Shown piece by piece: positions 37,510 through 50,255 of a stretch of DNA of 64,000 nucleotides (position 1 is the first letter of the stretch; each line of letters opens with the position of its first letter). A program made the translations under genes and the position numbers. Under the pieces are notes generated by a model. It was not told the origin of the DNA and did not search any database. It saw nothing but the letters and a program-made list of their open reading frames with translations. The DNA comes from Octopus sinensis. Its lineage: Eukaryota. Where the stretch lies: NCBI RefSeq assembly GCF_006345805.1, contig NC_043004.1, positions 18,848,001 to 18,912,000 on the forward strand, written 5' to 3'.

Positions 37510-38410
37510 CTCTCAAGAAATAGCAGTGAATTTCGTCCTTTGAGCATCGGGCACTAAATATATGCAAGATCCCTCCTTTCGTAAAAGGTTTTCTACAACA
37601 CAGTTTGCGAATGTGGAACACGAACTTATTTCTCAGCCAGGAGAAAGGCTGGTATGTGTCAGAGAATATCAAAATAGTTTGTGGAATATTCCAGGGTGAT
37701 TCACTCTCCCCTGTCCTCTTCTATCTGTCCCTCATTCCCTTGTCCCAGGAGCTGAATAGAAGAAAATACGATTTTAAAATGTTTGATAAGATCATCTCCC
37801 TTGCTCTGCATGGATGATCTGAAATTATATGCAAAAGATAAGAATTTGAAAGGGTTATTAGTGACTATGAAAACATTTAGCGATGAAATCATTAAGGAAT
37901 TTAGCCTTGATAAGTGTGCAAAAACTTCAAACGTGGTAAAGTGACAGCTATTAACATGATCTAACTTGATCTTGACACATCTGTCAAGGATACGGATCAA
38001 GAAGGCTTTTATAAGTATCTTGGGGTATGCGTAGAGAAAAGGATTTGGCACTGGTCAATGAATGACATCAGGAAAGAGTATTATAGACGTGTCAGAATGA
38101 TCCTGAATATTGAGCGGAACTTCGTGAATAGAATAACATCTATCTCCCACATTCTCAGGAAATTTCTCCCCACCTAATATATACGTGTCTGTGGTTGAAA
38201 CCCGACTGGAAGATTAAATAATAATATTATTCCTTGGCAGTTCCAGTTGTTATTTACAGTGTCAATGTGTTGAACTGCAATAAGAACGAAATAAGCAAGA
38301 TTGATAGGAAAATCTGTAAGCTGCTGACTTGCAATGAGATTCTCCACCCAAAGGCAGGCGCAGATCGTCTTTAACTTCCCAGAACTCAAGGAGGTCGAGG
38401 ATTGAGCTAA
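37510..38410 (+). mobile_element. Older Dong/R4 RT-domain remnant
   Basis: GIFQGDSLSPVLFYLSLIPLS, MDDLKLYAK, SLDKCAK, YKYLG; frameshifted. Confidence 0.85.
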
Positions 38411-38417
38411 CCTGCTG

Positions 38418-38462
<45 letters not shown>

Positions 38463-38648
38463 TTGATAATAATAATAATAATAATAATAACAACAGTCAA
38501 GACGAAGTACGCGATTCGATTGTAATAGATATTTCATTGGTTGAACGATATTTTGAGGGAAAGTTTTTCTTTGTCGAGTTCAAAATAAAAAGTAGTAATA
38601 ATTCAAATTTAAATTTAAAGTATGAACGAGAGCAACCAGCATCCCAAA

Positions 38649-40195
38649 ATTGATGGAATTACATTATCAGTCTTTAAGTTTCGATTTTATAACAGGAGAA
38701 AGGAAAAAGACAGAAAAAGACAGTAAAAAAGAGGAAAGAGAAAAGGAAAGGAAAAACCAGGATATTTAATCAGTTCTGTATAAATTTGATGATATTCTGT
38801 CATTTTATTCATTCCTCCGGCTGATGAAATAGCTGTTTGAAACGAAGATATTTTTCGCTACATTCTGGTAACTTTCATGCAACACTTTTGAAATGGCAGC
38901 GAAATTTCGGTGCCAGTCAATCACTAAAGGAATTATGTCATCTATCGTATTGTGTTTGCTAAAATTATGCGTGAAGGGGTGACTATCTTTGCTAATCTTA
39001 GCTATTTCGTTTGCTATTTACTTTAATCGTAATCCACTGTAACCGCGTTTGATATAATGATGTACAAAGACGTTTGCATGTTTCCAGTAATCTGCTATGT
39101 CAGTACAAATCCGTTTCATCCTTATAAATTGAGATTTCGGATTTGACCGAATAATATGATGTGGAAGATCGGAGCGGCGATGGTGATAAATGTGGGATGA
39201 TGTGGGCTTGCAGAAAACTACCTCCAGAAAACTTAACTTTTATGTACAAAAATTCAACGCTAGTTTTTGAAAAACTAGACGTAAATTTTATGCTGTACTT
39301 AAAGCCCTAGTTTTTAGCATAACAGTCACAGAAATGCAGGAAGTCCTTTAAATTATCAATGAACCGTAATCAGAGTATTGGTTCATGACCATGAAGGGAT
39401 TTGAATGTTTACAGTAACTTTGTGCCGAATTTCGCCATGATGACATTAGAGAAATTAAATACCATAGGAGTACCCATGGCGCAACACTTTGTCAGGTGGT
39501 AAAATCTTTGTCTAAACTTCATTGTGTTACTTTGTAAGACAAACCTCAATATCTACAGAGAAAATTTGATGGAATACTTTTGTTTGACCGCATTTGGAAG
39601 GCATCCATGCATGCTTCTACTCCTTCATCGTGGTCAATATTGGGATGTAAGGAAGAAACATCCATGGTTACCAAAAACAGTTCTCGACACGGCCTCGGTA
39701 CTTAAAAAAGTTCTTGATTTTAGACACGAAATCAAAAGTATCTCAAATATAGGAACTTGATCATTTTGCGACAGGGTGTAGAAAGCCATCCGGCCATTCC
39801 AAAATCTTGGCTGTGCAACATTCATATCCGCTGCAAATTAGGTGCATTGGAGGAAAGTTTTCGAACTTGTGTATTTTAGGAAGAGCATAAAATACAGGTG
39901 TTCTTTCTGACCGTAAAAGCCTGGATTCGGTCTTATTAACGAAATGGTTTTCCTCCACTTCCTAAGTTATTTTGTCAAGTTCCTCTCTGCAATTGGGGTT
40001 TGGATCAACAGGTAATTCTTCATATGAAGTTTCGTCATTTAAAACTTCTTCACAAGCTGAAATATAGTCACTTTTGTCCAGAATTTTCCTTTCGTTTCTT
40101 CCTCTTTCCTAATTTTTACTGTCTTTTTTTTTGTCTTTTTCATTTCGCCTGTTATAAAATTGAAACTTAAAGACTGGTGATGTTATTCCATCAAT
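38649..40195 (-). mobile_element. Penelope-like element remnant with inverted terminal segments
   Basis: RT fragment RTPVFYALPKIHKFENFPPMHLICSG...FLHPVAK..SYI.DTFDF at ~39700-40075. Inverted repeat 38649-38762 / 40077-40195. Hammerhead-like CUGAUGA...GAAAUUUC at 38821-38908 on the + strand. Confidence 0.7.
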
Positions 40196-40637
40196 ATTCA
40201 AAGTAATCGAACATAAACAATGAAATCGGTTATTTCCATTGAGTGTTTAAAAAATATTTTACAGGTGCTATGGGATATTTCCCTTGTGTGTTTAAAAAAT
40301 TGTTATATGAGGTAGATATAAAGGTCCATTCCAGGGGCCGTATTATCGAGTTTTTCAGCAATCTAAGTATGTCACGAGGTTTCCAGACGTGAGTTCTACT
40401 GACGTGTCAAGTCTCATCAAAATCAATAAAACGATGTAGGAGGCGTTAGTTAACAACGCCACAAACAAACACACACCAATGTTCCACATATGTAGTAGAT
40501 AAACAAAACGTTCAAACAGTAAGACTTAAAATAAGATGTCACCTCTGTTAATATCATCTGGGGACAAATTTATAATTGATGGTATCAACAGCAGTAACAT
40601 ATGTGGTTGCAGGCAAAAAGCATTATTTAGCTATAAA

Positions 40638-40989
40638 TTACAAATTAGCACGAAGCGTAAGGACACGGAAAAGCATCAACCTGCTAGAAATAAGAGCTAA
40701 ACTCTTAATTAAACCATCGTAAGGCACCAAGATAAATAAAAGAAATAAAAGAAATAAAATTAGGCGAGGAAACAAAAAGAATTAATACGCTCAAAAGCAA
40801 AACTATGAAAGATTAAGCTACTTAATCTTTCATAATTTTGCTTCTGAATGCAATAATTATTTCCGTCTCTTCGCCTACTGTTATTTCTTTGTGATCTTAA
40901 TGATTTACGCTGGTTTAATTAAGTATTTAGCTCTTATTTCTAGCAGATTGATGCTTTCCTACATCGTTATGCTTCGTGCTAATTTGTAA
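40638..40989. mobile_element. Fully palindromic (hairpin) MITE-like element
   Basis: Termini TTACAAATTAGCACGAAGC...GCTTCGTGCTAATTTGTAA. Complementarity runs, with mismatches and indels, to a 3-nt centre (GATTAAG-CTA-CTTAATC, 40811-40827). Confidence 0.8.
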
Positions 40990-41022
<33 letters not shown>

Positions 41023-44000
41023 TGTATGTATGTATGTATGTATATATATATATACAAGTTCCTCTCTCTGATTCACACACTTATTGCAGCAATCCTTCAG
41101 TTTTTCTAAGTCCTCTAAAAGGATTCGGAAATTTGCTTCTTCAACCAGACATTTCGCTGTACCCTTAAAGCCAAGGACTTTTCAGCTTACCCGCGTGTCT
41201 ATATATCAGAAATAACGATAATCACAAGCTTATATTATTATATCCTACGTGCTTTTCACCATTATGATTGCCTGGGACCCTGTTTTGGATATTTCAAGTG
41301 TGTTGGAGACTTAATCTGAACGCATCAGCAGGGAACACCTTATTGCATTACGTTACAAGAATTGTAAGATGGTGAGGCATTTTATAAGTATTTTGAGAGG
41401 GAAATAGAAAACAATTTAGATTGAATGAAATAAGGGTTACGAAAGAAAAGAGAGGGACGGTGAAAGGCAAGTGAGACAAATAGTGAATAAAGAGGGGGGA
41501 ATAGAGATAGAAAAAGATATAAAGAAATGGAGAGAAAGCAAGAAGAAGGAAATGTGGAGAGAAAGAAAATTAAAATAGAATAAAGATAAAAGTTTTCTCT
41601 CCACCCCACTTTAACCCTAAATTTTAAAAGTAACGTAGGCAATAAATATTTGTCTCCTTTAGATAAGCATTTTCCAATAAATCACAAATGCAAGAAGATT
41701 TTTAACAAACGATCGATTAAAATATACAGCTTCACCAAGCATGTATAATAAACTCCGTCGTATATGAGGCAGAAGTAACGGCATCACTTCAAACAAAATA
41801 TTTGTCTTGAAAACATTACGTCGTTCGTTAAATGTCAGCTGTTGTACTCCATTATTTAATGTCAGTTAAATTCGATCCATTACCTAAATCACGTAGTTAA
41901 CTGCACGTCTGCGCATATGATCACTTCAAAGTTGTAAGGTGACATTTATTGTTTTTACCAGATTTTTCTCTTTTAATTATTATGTATCTTACAGGTCCCC
42001 TAAATTAACTTTTTTAAGTAGTGTAACTTAAGCCGATATCAATGGTATATGATATATAACATGCCCACGAAATAATATTATTATGTATTTAATAATCTAA
42101 CATGTAAGATATATTGTTCTTTAAAGCAAAGTCAACAAAAATATGTATATTAGAAAGTAAACAAAAAAATATTACAAATATTAACGTTATATTACGATTT
42201 CTCACAGACACTTCATTACAATAGAAGTGAAAAACTGATAGACTAAGATGGTAGTTTTGATTAGTTGTCTAATAGAATTGAGAGCTTTTGCTGCATAAGT
42301 CAGTGAAATAATCATTTGCTACAATACCAGTGGAAATCAAAGCAAATCTAGGATAATGAATATTTACGAGATTCATTGCATGAGTACCCTCAACATATAT
42401 TGAAGGAAAATGTTGAATGAATCTGACAGGGAAATTAGCAGAATATTTCGTTGTAAGTCCTTTTGTAAGTCACTTGCACATGACAGACAACGTGCATAGA
42501 AGGTGAAGCGTGCTAAATTTATATGTAGTTACTCAGCTAGCTGAAAGCTGCAGCTAATTCCTTTCTTACCATACCATAAAATCAAGCATTTCAAAACCTC
42601 ACACGTCTGAATATTTGAAATAAAAACTAAAAATCGACGAAGTTTGTTATAACTTCTACTGCGAATCGATTTCATACAACAATAACTGAAATTCGAAAGT
42701 TGATTTTGCTTTCCTTGATGAGTGACAACTCATCGGCATTTAATGAAGTCGTCCACTTGTTAGCATGATAGAATGTCTTTTACTTTCCACTTCGAAATCA
42801 ATTATTATAATCTCAATATTAATTCACATATATTGTAAATTCCAATTTTTCTGTCACGGTTAAAAAAAGCAAACAATTCTGAGAAGAATTAAGTCTCCAC
42901 AATAATATCCAGGTAGAACATTTGTTTTACTAACCAATAAGTTCTGAGAACAAATCATATTCTGAACCAGACTAAGAATATTTCTCTATCCAGCTGTCTA
43001 GCTTTCCGTCTGTCTCTGTATGTATGTATTCTCTCAGTGTGTGTGGAAAATGTATGGGGAGATAGGATAAGTAATTCTTCAAGCAGCTGCAACCGCGTGT
43101 GTGAGCGTGTATATATGAAAAACAATGAGACAACAAAGCAAAGGCTGTGTGAAATTTCTAGGACATCTATAAAGAGAAAGGTAGTCTTACAGCTGTTTTA
43201 TGTTTATAAAAGATATCCCATCGCCAGAGACGTTATGAGAGAGTTAAATAGGAGGAAATAGTAGAGTTCAATATAAGAAAATATTTTGGAAAGGGAGAGA
43301 TATAGGAAGTATAAAGGGAAATATGATAGTAAAGACATATCTTGGATGTGAAATTTGCTGTTACATTATCCAAGGAATGTGCTGTGTAGAATGTGTAAGA
43401 AGGCTTCTTGTCCATGGTATGTAAATTCCGATAGGAGTTCATACTATTTTATTACAAATGGATAATGTGAAAATATTAATTCCTTGTGCTTTTCATTCAA
43501 AGGAATCTTGTAGTGCAAATGAAAGTTTGAGAATATTCTGATAGGGGGAAAGAAGAGTGTAGATAACTATGTTAGAAGAAAGAAAAATGGTATTGCTCAA
43601 TAGGATCAGAGGAGGAAAGAAGAACGAAAGAGGTACAGGAAAGGAAAAAGGAGTGCTGGAGGTGGTCAAGATATTGTGAGGGGTGAGGAAAGGAGACCTA
43701 TCAGTAGATAAAAGGAATAGGAGAAGGGATAGAAGGAAGGGATAAGAATGTAAGGAAGGAATATGTGTGAGAAGTGGGAGGTGGGGTGATATGATTGAAA
43801 AGCCACTTATGTGTAGAGATAGATAAGGAATGTGGTACGGAGGCGGTCACTTAAAGTGAGTGGTAAACTTCAAAAAGGTAGGCAAGAATAAGATATAATG
43901 GTCATGTTACTAAAAATAGACGTAGGCATTTATATGAAGTCTGAGATTGTACTAGCTAAAGTGATAGTTGGGACCGACAAATCAGTGAAAGAAAAATATG

Positions 44001-44100
44001 CATGTAGTTATATGTACACGCGCACACATACATATGTGTATATACAATATTATATAAGCCAGCATGCTCACACATATATACATCATACACATATGCATAC

Positions 44101-44137
<37 letters not shown>

Positions 44138-44229
44138 TTATTATTAAACAAAAAAAAAATTAAAATATTGAGAAATTGTAAAGTCAAATAAGGTTGTTGG
44201 AGGTTACCTAACGGTATATGGATTGTATG

Positions 44230-44559
44230 TTGATTTAGGTTGCATTTAGATCTGCGGTAAAATTTGAAGGTATGAAAAAAGCGGCGATTGCCTGTATCTA
44301 AGGCATCATACTTATTTAGTAGTAGTGAAGAGGTATGTTTTAATATGTGGAATGCATCTTTTAGGCATAGTTCACAGGCTGAGCATTAACCATGGTATGG
44401 AAGCACTGAATCTATTAGAGATCATCATAAGTTAAATGGAATATTCATATTTTAAGATGATATATGTGACTGGCGACGGTTGTGAATTTACTGTGTTTCT
44501 CATATCTAAAAGAATTGAGATGTTCAATGTATCTCTGTTTAAAGTTTACAGTTGACCCG

Positions 44560-44570
<11 letters not shown>
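44230..44570 (-). mobile_element. Penelope-like GIY-YIG endonuclease remnant
   Basis: YIGSTVNFKQRYIEHLNSFRYEKHSKFTTVASHIYHLK, then SLIDSVLPYHG*CSACELCLKDAFHIL. Confidence 0.8.
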
Positions 44571-44619
<49 letters not shown>

Positions 44620-44748
44620 ACAAGATAAGGGCAAAAGAAAAATTCTAATGCCAAACATGCCGAAAAAAAGACAAAGATATTGTCAATAACCATTATAATT
44701 TATGTATCTCGAAACAAATAGAAATTTCTAAAAAAATTCGTTATTACC

Positions 44749-44808
44749 GTATTGGTCCAATTTCGGGGTTAATTCATAACAAATTTTCCCCTCTTCAGCG
44801 GCAAATAC
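44749..44808 (-). ncRNA. Degenerate minimal hammerhead-like motif
   Basis: Minus strand reads GUAUUUGCCG CUGAAGA GGGG-(19 nt)-CCCC GAAA UUG GACCAAUAC. Core and stem II intact; stem I only partly paired. Confidence 0.45.
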
Positions 44809-45268
44809 GCGAGATATAAGTGAAATACTTACTCATACCCATGGGTATGTTCTGGTTTAAGAATGATTGAAAGTTCACTTGAGAGGCCCTTTTCCCTATA
44901 GGTGAGGCTCATTGCGTAAAGAATACAAATTTAATTTAATTGTATTGCTGACATTTTTTAGTTGGAAAGAATTGGTTTTTGGAAATATGTTCTTTTGGGG
45001 GAAGATATTATTTTTCTCTTTGTGGTTTTTCATAAGATGGACATAAACAACGAAACCAGTTATGTTCTATAAAAGTCACTTAATGTAACAAATATAAAAA
45101 TACTTATCCTATCCAATTAAAGAAATAAGGTAAAAGAATAAGTAAACATACTTTCGTGCTGTACACTTTTAATTTTTACCTATAACCTTTCATTTGCATG
45201 GACTCTTAACCGCTTTTCAACTGTATGTGTAAAAACAGTACACACACACACATACACACACACACACA

Positions 45269-45355
<87 letters not shown>

Positions 45356-46939
45356 ACCTACTTACATACATGAATATATGCATACATACATATACGGACA
45401 TAGATACACAGACGAATTCGAACAGCAGAGTTATATACATTCATGCTTATGTAACATAATGCACTAGGAATTCTTTTATCTCTACCCAGAGGGCATTTCA
45501 AAATGACAATAGATAGCTATTTCATTATGTCTAAGGAAGACGAAGTTAATTAACTATAAACTATAGGATATTTTGCAGCATCTTTGATAGAAAGTATTCA
45601 CTTAATTAGTCTAGACAGAATCCAAACTTCAGAATTTCCATTAGGCAAACCTACCTAATTTTTTTCCTTTTTTTTTTAATATCGCCCTCTTTCAAGGTTT
45701 TGCCCATTATATTTGCAAAGTCTTCATTCATCCAAAAATGAAATTATAAGCGTTGAAAAGATTTCCTTGGATGTGGTCTTTGAGATCGGCGCCTCCCTAA
45801 TACATACGTCTCCCCTAATGCATACTTCCAACTTTATTTTTTCAATATTTTGTAATTTACTCACTGAAATGAATACATTTTCAAACATACATGTTAGAAA
45901 GCACAGTAATGTGGGTCATTTTGACCCATCATATCGGATAAAGTGCTTTGGAATATTTTAATGGTTAAAATTCAGCCATGCATGTACACAATTTAGTTAT
46001 CATCGGCAATTCCTTTAATTTTCCAGGTGAACTAACATCCGAATTAAGTGGGTCTATCATCATCGGTTTAATTTCAAATGAAATAGCTTGAAGCATATTT
46101 CGTTCATGTCAGGCTTAACAATAATAAATGACCAGAGTATGTTTCGAGATTAATTTTGTGAAATGAAGAACATATTTCTGGCTGCCCAGGCACACTTTGA
46201 CATATAACTTTAAAAGTTTTTGGTAATACTTTCAAACTAGTATACAATTAATCAAAGTAATGCATTTTCCTTGAAGTTTAAATGATACCTTATTAAACTT
46301 TTAAAATACTCAACGTTGATAATATGTATCAAGTTTTTTTTTAAACAATATGTACATTTTACAAACTTTCTAATACTGCTTATGAATCTTGATAAGAAAT
46401 AACATTTGGCGAGCTATCTAACTATCGTATGTAAATGGTTTATGGTTCCTTATTATCAAGAGAAAACTTCCAGAGTAGCCAATCATGTTTGACATATGGT
46501 TAGTAATTATACTTTGGTAAATAATACAGAATCGTTTTTTGTTATAAGTATTTATCTATGAATAATGCAATGTAGCGATTCTAGATGCAAGAGGCCTTTA
46601 TGCAACATGGTTATGGATTACATGTGCAACATAAATTATGAGGATAGTTTCCTCAACCTTTGCCAGTTAGAATATATAAGTTAAGACATAAAAATATATT
46701 AGCATCCGGAAAAATTTTCATCTTTGACAAATGGACCGCCCTAAAATTTTGTTTCTCTCCTTTACCGTTACGTTTCAATAAGATTTTCATAGTTCCTAAC
46801 TTGATAAATAATCATGATTCTTGGCTGATTAGAATGACAGCCATCGCAAGATTTTATCCACTCCATACTTGAGCAATACAATCATTCACCTTTACAAGGT
46901 TTAAATTAGGAAATCTCGATGAATAAATCTACATCTAAT

Positions 46940-47120
46940 TATTGGTTTCAAAATTTAGCATAAGGTCAGCAATTTCGGAAAAGGATGTTAGCTTATAACA
47001 TCGACCCAAATACTCAACTGGTACGTATTTTATCGAACCTCTGAGAGCAGAACGTAAAGACAGACGAAATAACGCTTAACATTTCGTCCGACGTGCTAAC
47101 GATTCTTCCAACTCGCTGTC
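46940..47120 (-). mobile_element. Degenerate SINE, family 1 (a similar remnant lies at 47875-48045)
   Basis: ATCGACCC...AACTGGTAC.TATTTTATCGA and CAGAACGTAAAGACAGACGAAATA motifs. Confidence 0.7.
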
Positions 47121-48857
47121 TTAAATCTACATCTAATTATTAAAGATCAATGTAAACATCAATGACCACAGCACGGCTCTCTATATAATCCACGTTTATA
47201 TATTGAACATAACAGGCTAGAGAAGCTAAGTAGCGTTCATAGTAAACACAGTTGTATGTATGACTAGTAGAAAGACACTTTGTGTTTGTAGCATTGACAT
47301 TCAGTGTGTAGAAAAGAAAAATTATGTTCATACCGACTAGGCTTCAAAATAAGCATGCCAAAGGTTAACTTCAATGATTACTGCAAATTTGTTAATATCT
47401 GATGAACATCGCATTTCAATTGCTGTACCTATTTCATTGGAAGCCTTTCCTTGTCCGTGTTTATTCAACAAACACTTTCGTTTCAACCAATCCGTTTTAA
47501 TATGATGTGAAAATACTGGATTATATGAAAGAATAATGTAAGTGATATGTCAGTTTTTAAAAATTCAAACTACATATTCATTTCATTAACTCATTGCTTT
47601 ATATCTTTACGTTATAGCTGGAACTGTGAATATAAATTCGTTTGCTCCAAGTAACATTCTACAAAAGCGTTATAAGAATGTACATGTTTCTTCTTAACTT
47701 AGCAATACTTGTCATGTGATGAAGTTTTTCCTTCGATAGGAAATAGGAATCAAAATCACATTTTTACTCATATGAAATAAGATTCAAAACACAAGAGCTA
47801 AGCTATTTTTATTAAAATACTGAACGAAATTAGTTGAATATTTAAAAAACTGAAGGAGGCCAGTAGCTTCTAATATTGGTTTCAAATTTTGGCAGTTGGT
47901 CAATACTCAGCGGGTACTTACTTTATCGACGCCGAAAGAAAGGATAAAAGGCAAAGTCGACGTCGGCGGAACTAGAACTTAGAATGTAAAGACGGACGAA
48001 ATACAGTTAAGCATTTCGTCCGGCATGTTAAAGTTTCTACATGCCTTAGCAACTTTTACTACTGAAAGGTCACACACCAGAAATGATTTATAAGAGTTGA
48101 CCAATTAAATACAATGGATGAAGTTTGAGAAATAACATGTTCAGAGAATTTTATATGAAGAGATTCTTCAATGAACAATTATTTATTGAAAGTGGATATA
48201 ATCATTCTCTGGTGTTGAATGGGGTATAAATTGCGCTTGAACCGCTTATAGTTTTCAGTTATAAGGTAAAGATAATTATATTAGTTTAATAATGAGTGGA
48301 GGATATAACAATTCACGCATTTTATAAAGATTCAAGTTAAACACATTCTTGATGAATGTGGCACTGAACATCATTGGAGGGAGCGGGGTTCTGCTACTAT
48401 TGATCTGAATTCAGCCGCATTTAATAATTTCCCTACGTTCATTTGAGGAATCAGTCCTCTAAAATTATCGTTCGAGAGAATGTGTGATTAATACGATATT
48501 TCTTCCGCTTACACGGTGATCGTGGTGCTTCATTGCAGAAATCATAAATTTGGAAAACAACGTAGCTTATAAAATGAAAACTGTTTTATACTTAAAATAA
48601 ATTTATAAATGGATGGGAAAAGAAAGGATAGATTACACACTAATGGCTCACCACTGGCCATTTAATGAATAATGAAAGAATAGACTTAGCAATTAAATTC
48701 ATCAACAGAATATGAACCGAAATTAACGCTTATGTCGACGACATAAGCACAAGTCAAGTATAATGTATGGGAGAATATGCTGTATTAAACTGACAAAAGT
48801 TTAATCACAGCCCTCTGTTACATATTTCTATACTTCAGAATATCTGTTCTATATTTT

Positions 48858-48970
48858 AGAGATGAGGAATTATGTACATTACGTACATTATTTCCACGGG
48901 CATATGGCGTAGTGGTTAAGGGCGCGTGCTACTAAACCCAAGATTCCGATTCCGATTCCAGGCAGTGACT

Positions 48971-49052
<82 letters not shown>

Positions 49053-49205
49053 TAACAACAACATCGAAAATACCTTAGGAATGAGAAGCCAGATTCAAAC
49101 TTTCCTCAAGACACCTGATGAAGGCTGGAGGGTATATCAGCCGAAACATTGTGTTAATAACGAACAACATAAGGACAAATATCCGTCAAATGTAAATAAT
49201 GTTCA
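48858..49205 (+). mobile_element. tRNA-headed short retroelement with internal (TAA)n and a type I hammerhead (49110-49155)
   Basis: A box TGGCGTAGTGG at 48905 and a degenerate B box at ~48948-48959. Hammerhead reads GACAC CUGAUGA A GGCUG-(10)-CAGCC GAAA CAUU GUGUU. Confidence 0.7.
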
Positions 49206-49266
49206 GAATATCTATCTATCTATCTAGTGTATGTACGTATTTATGTATGTATGTACATATATATAT

Positions 49267-49314
<48 letters not shown>

Positions 49315-49322
49315 TATATAAT

Positions 49323-49620
49323 TTTGACTGCGGTCATGCTGGAGTACCATTTTAACGTGTTTAAAGTCGAAGAAATCGATCCCACGACTTACTCTTCGTA
49401 TGCCTAGTACTGTTTTGACAAACGCTAACTACGGGGAAATAAACGCACCCGCATCGGTTGTGAAGCGATGGTAGAGAGATAAACACAGGCACACACACAT
49501 ACACACACACACACGTACATATAGTAAAAGACATTTGCCGAAGATACCATGAAATGGGCCTGAACTCGGGACTTTGTGGTTAGGAAGCGAGCTTCTTACC
49601 TCACAGCCACGTCTGCGCCT
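49323..49620 (-). mobile_element. tRNA-derived SINE, family 2, degenerate
   Basis: Homology to 6500-6860. Confidence 0.75.
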
Positions 49621-49673
49621 AAAAAAGCATCCATAATTATGTTACGAGTCAAAGGGGGCACCTGGAATATATA

Positions 49674-50234
49674 CGAGGGTGAGTCAAATATTAATGCCAT
49701 TTTGTTTAGGACCGGTATAATTACCAGCACAGGAACATGTATCATACACCAAAATGAAGCTGGTTATCTGTAAATTACATCTCTACATCTCCACATAGTC
49801 GCTGTTTCTCTCATTAGCAATGTCCCACCTTCGATTGAGAGCATGTATCCCTGCCTCGTAAAATTCTGTTGACTGTTCTTTGAGCCACTTCTTCACTACA
49901 ATTTTCACTTCCTCTTCACTAGAATAATGTTTGTCTCTCAAAACCTCTTTCATAGGGCCGAAGAGATGATCGTCTGAAGGCGCTAAATTATTCCAGTGAC
50001 GAGGAAGTGAAAACTGTAGTGAAGAAGTGGCTCAAAGAACAGTCAACAGAATTTTACGGAGCAGGGATACATGTTCTCATTCGAAGGTGGAACATTGCTA
50101 TTGAGAGAAATGGTGATTATCTTGAGATGTAGGGAAGTGATTTACAAAGGACCAGCTTCATTTTGATGTATGATACATGTTCCTGTGTTGATGATTGTAC
50201 CTGCCTAAAAAAATTAATTTTTGACTCACCCTCG
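49674..50234. mobile_element. Mariner-derived hairpin MITE built from two right ends
   Basis: TIRs CGAGGGTGAGTCAAA flanked by TA. Both arms encode the transposase C-terminus (EEVK.VVKKWLKEQSTEFY.AGIH.L.RRW..A.ERN.DY.EM*) in opposite orientations. Confidence 0.88.
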
Positions 50235-50255
50235 TATACACGGCACTTCAAATTA

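Noticed and set aside
41140-41200. Minus-strand GCUG..CAGC-GAAA-UGUC partial hammerhead (similar partial at 52700-52755)
   Set aside because: No CUGANGA core; at best a decayed remnant.
43250-43540. Possible further PLE RT remnants (also 8040-8130)
   Set aside because: Only faint motif resemblance; needs a profile search before a call.
48905-48968. Functional tRNA gene
   Set aside because: T-arm and B box are degenerate with no complete cloverleaf; treated as a SINE head.
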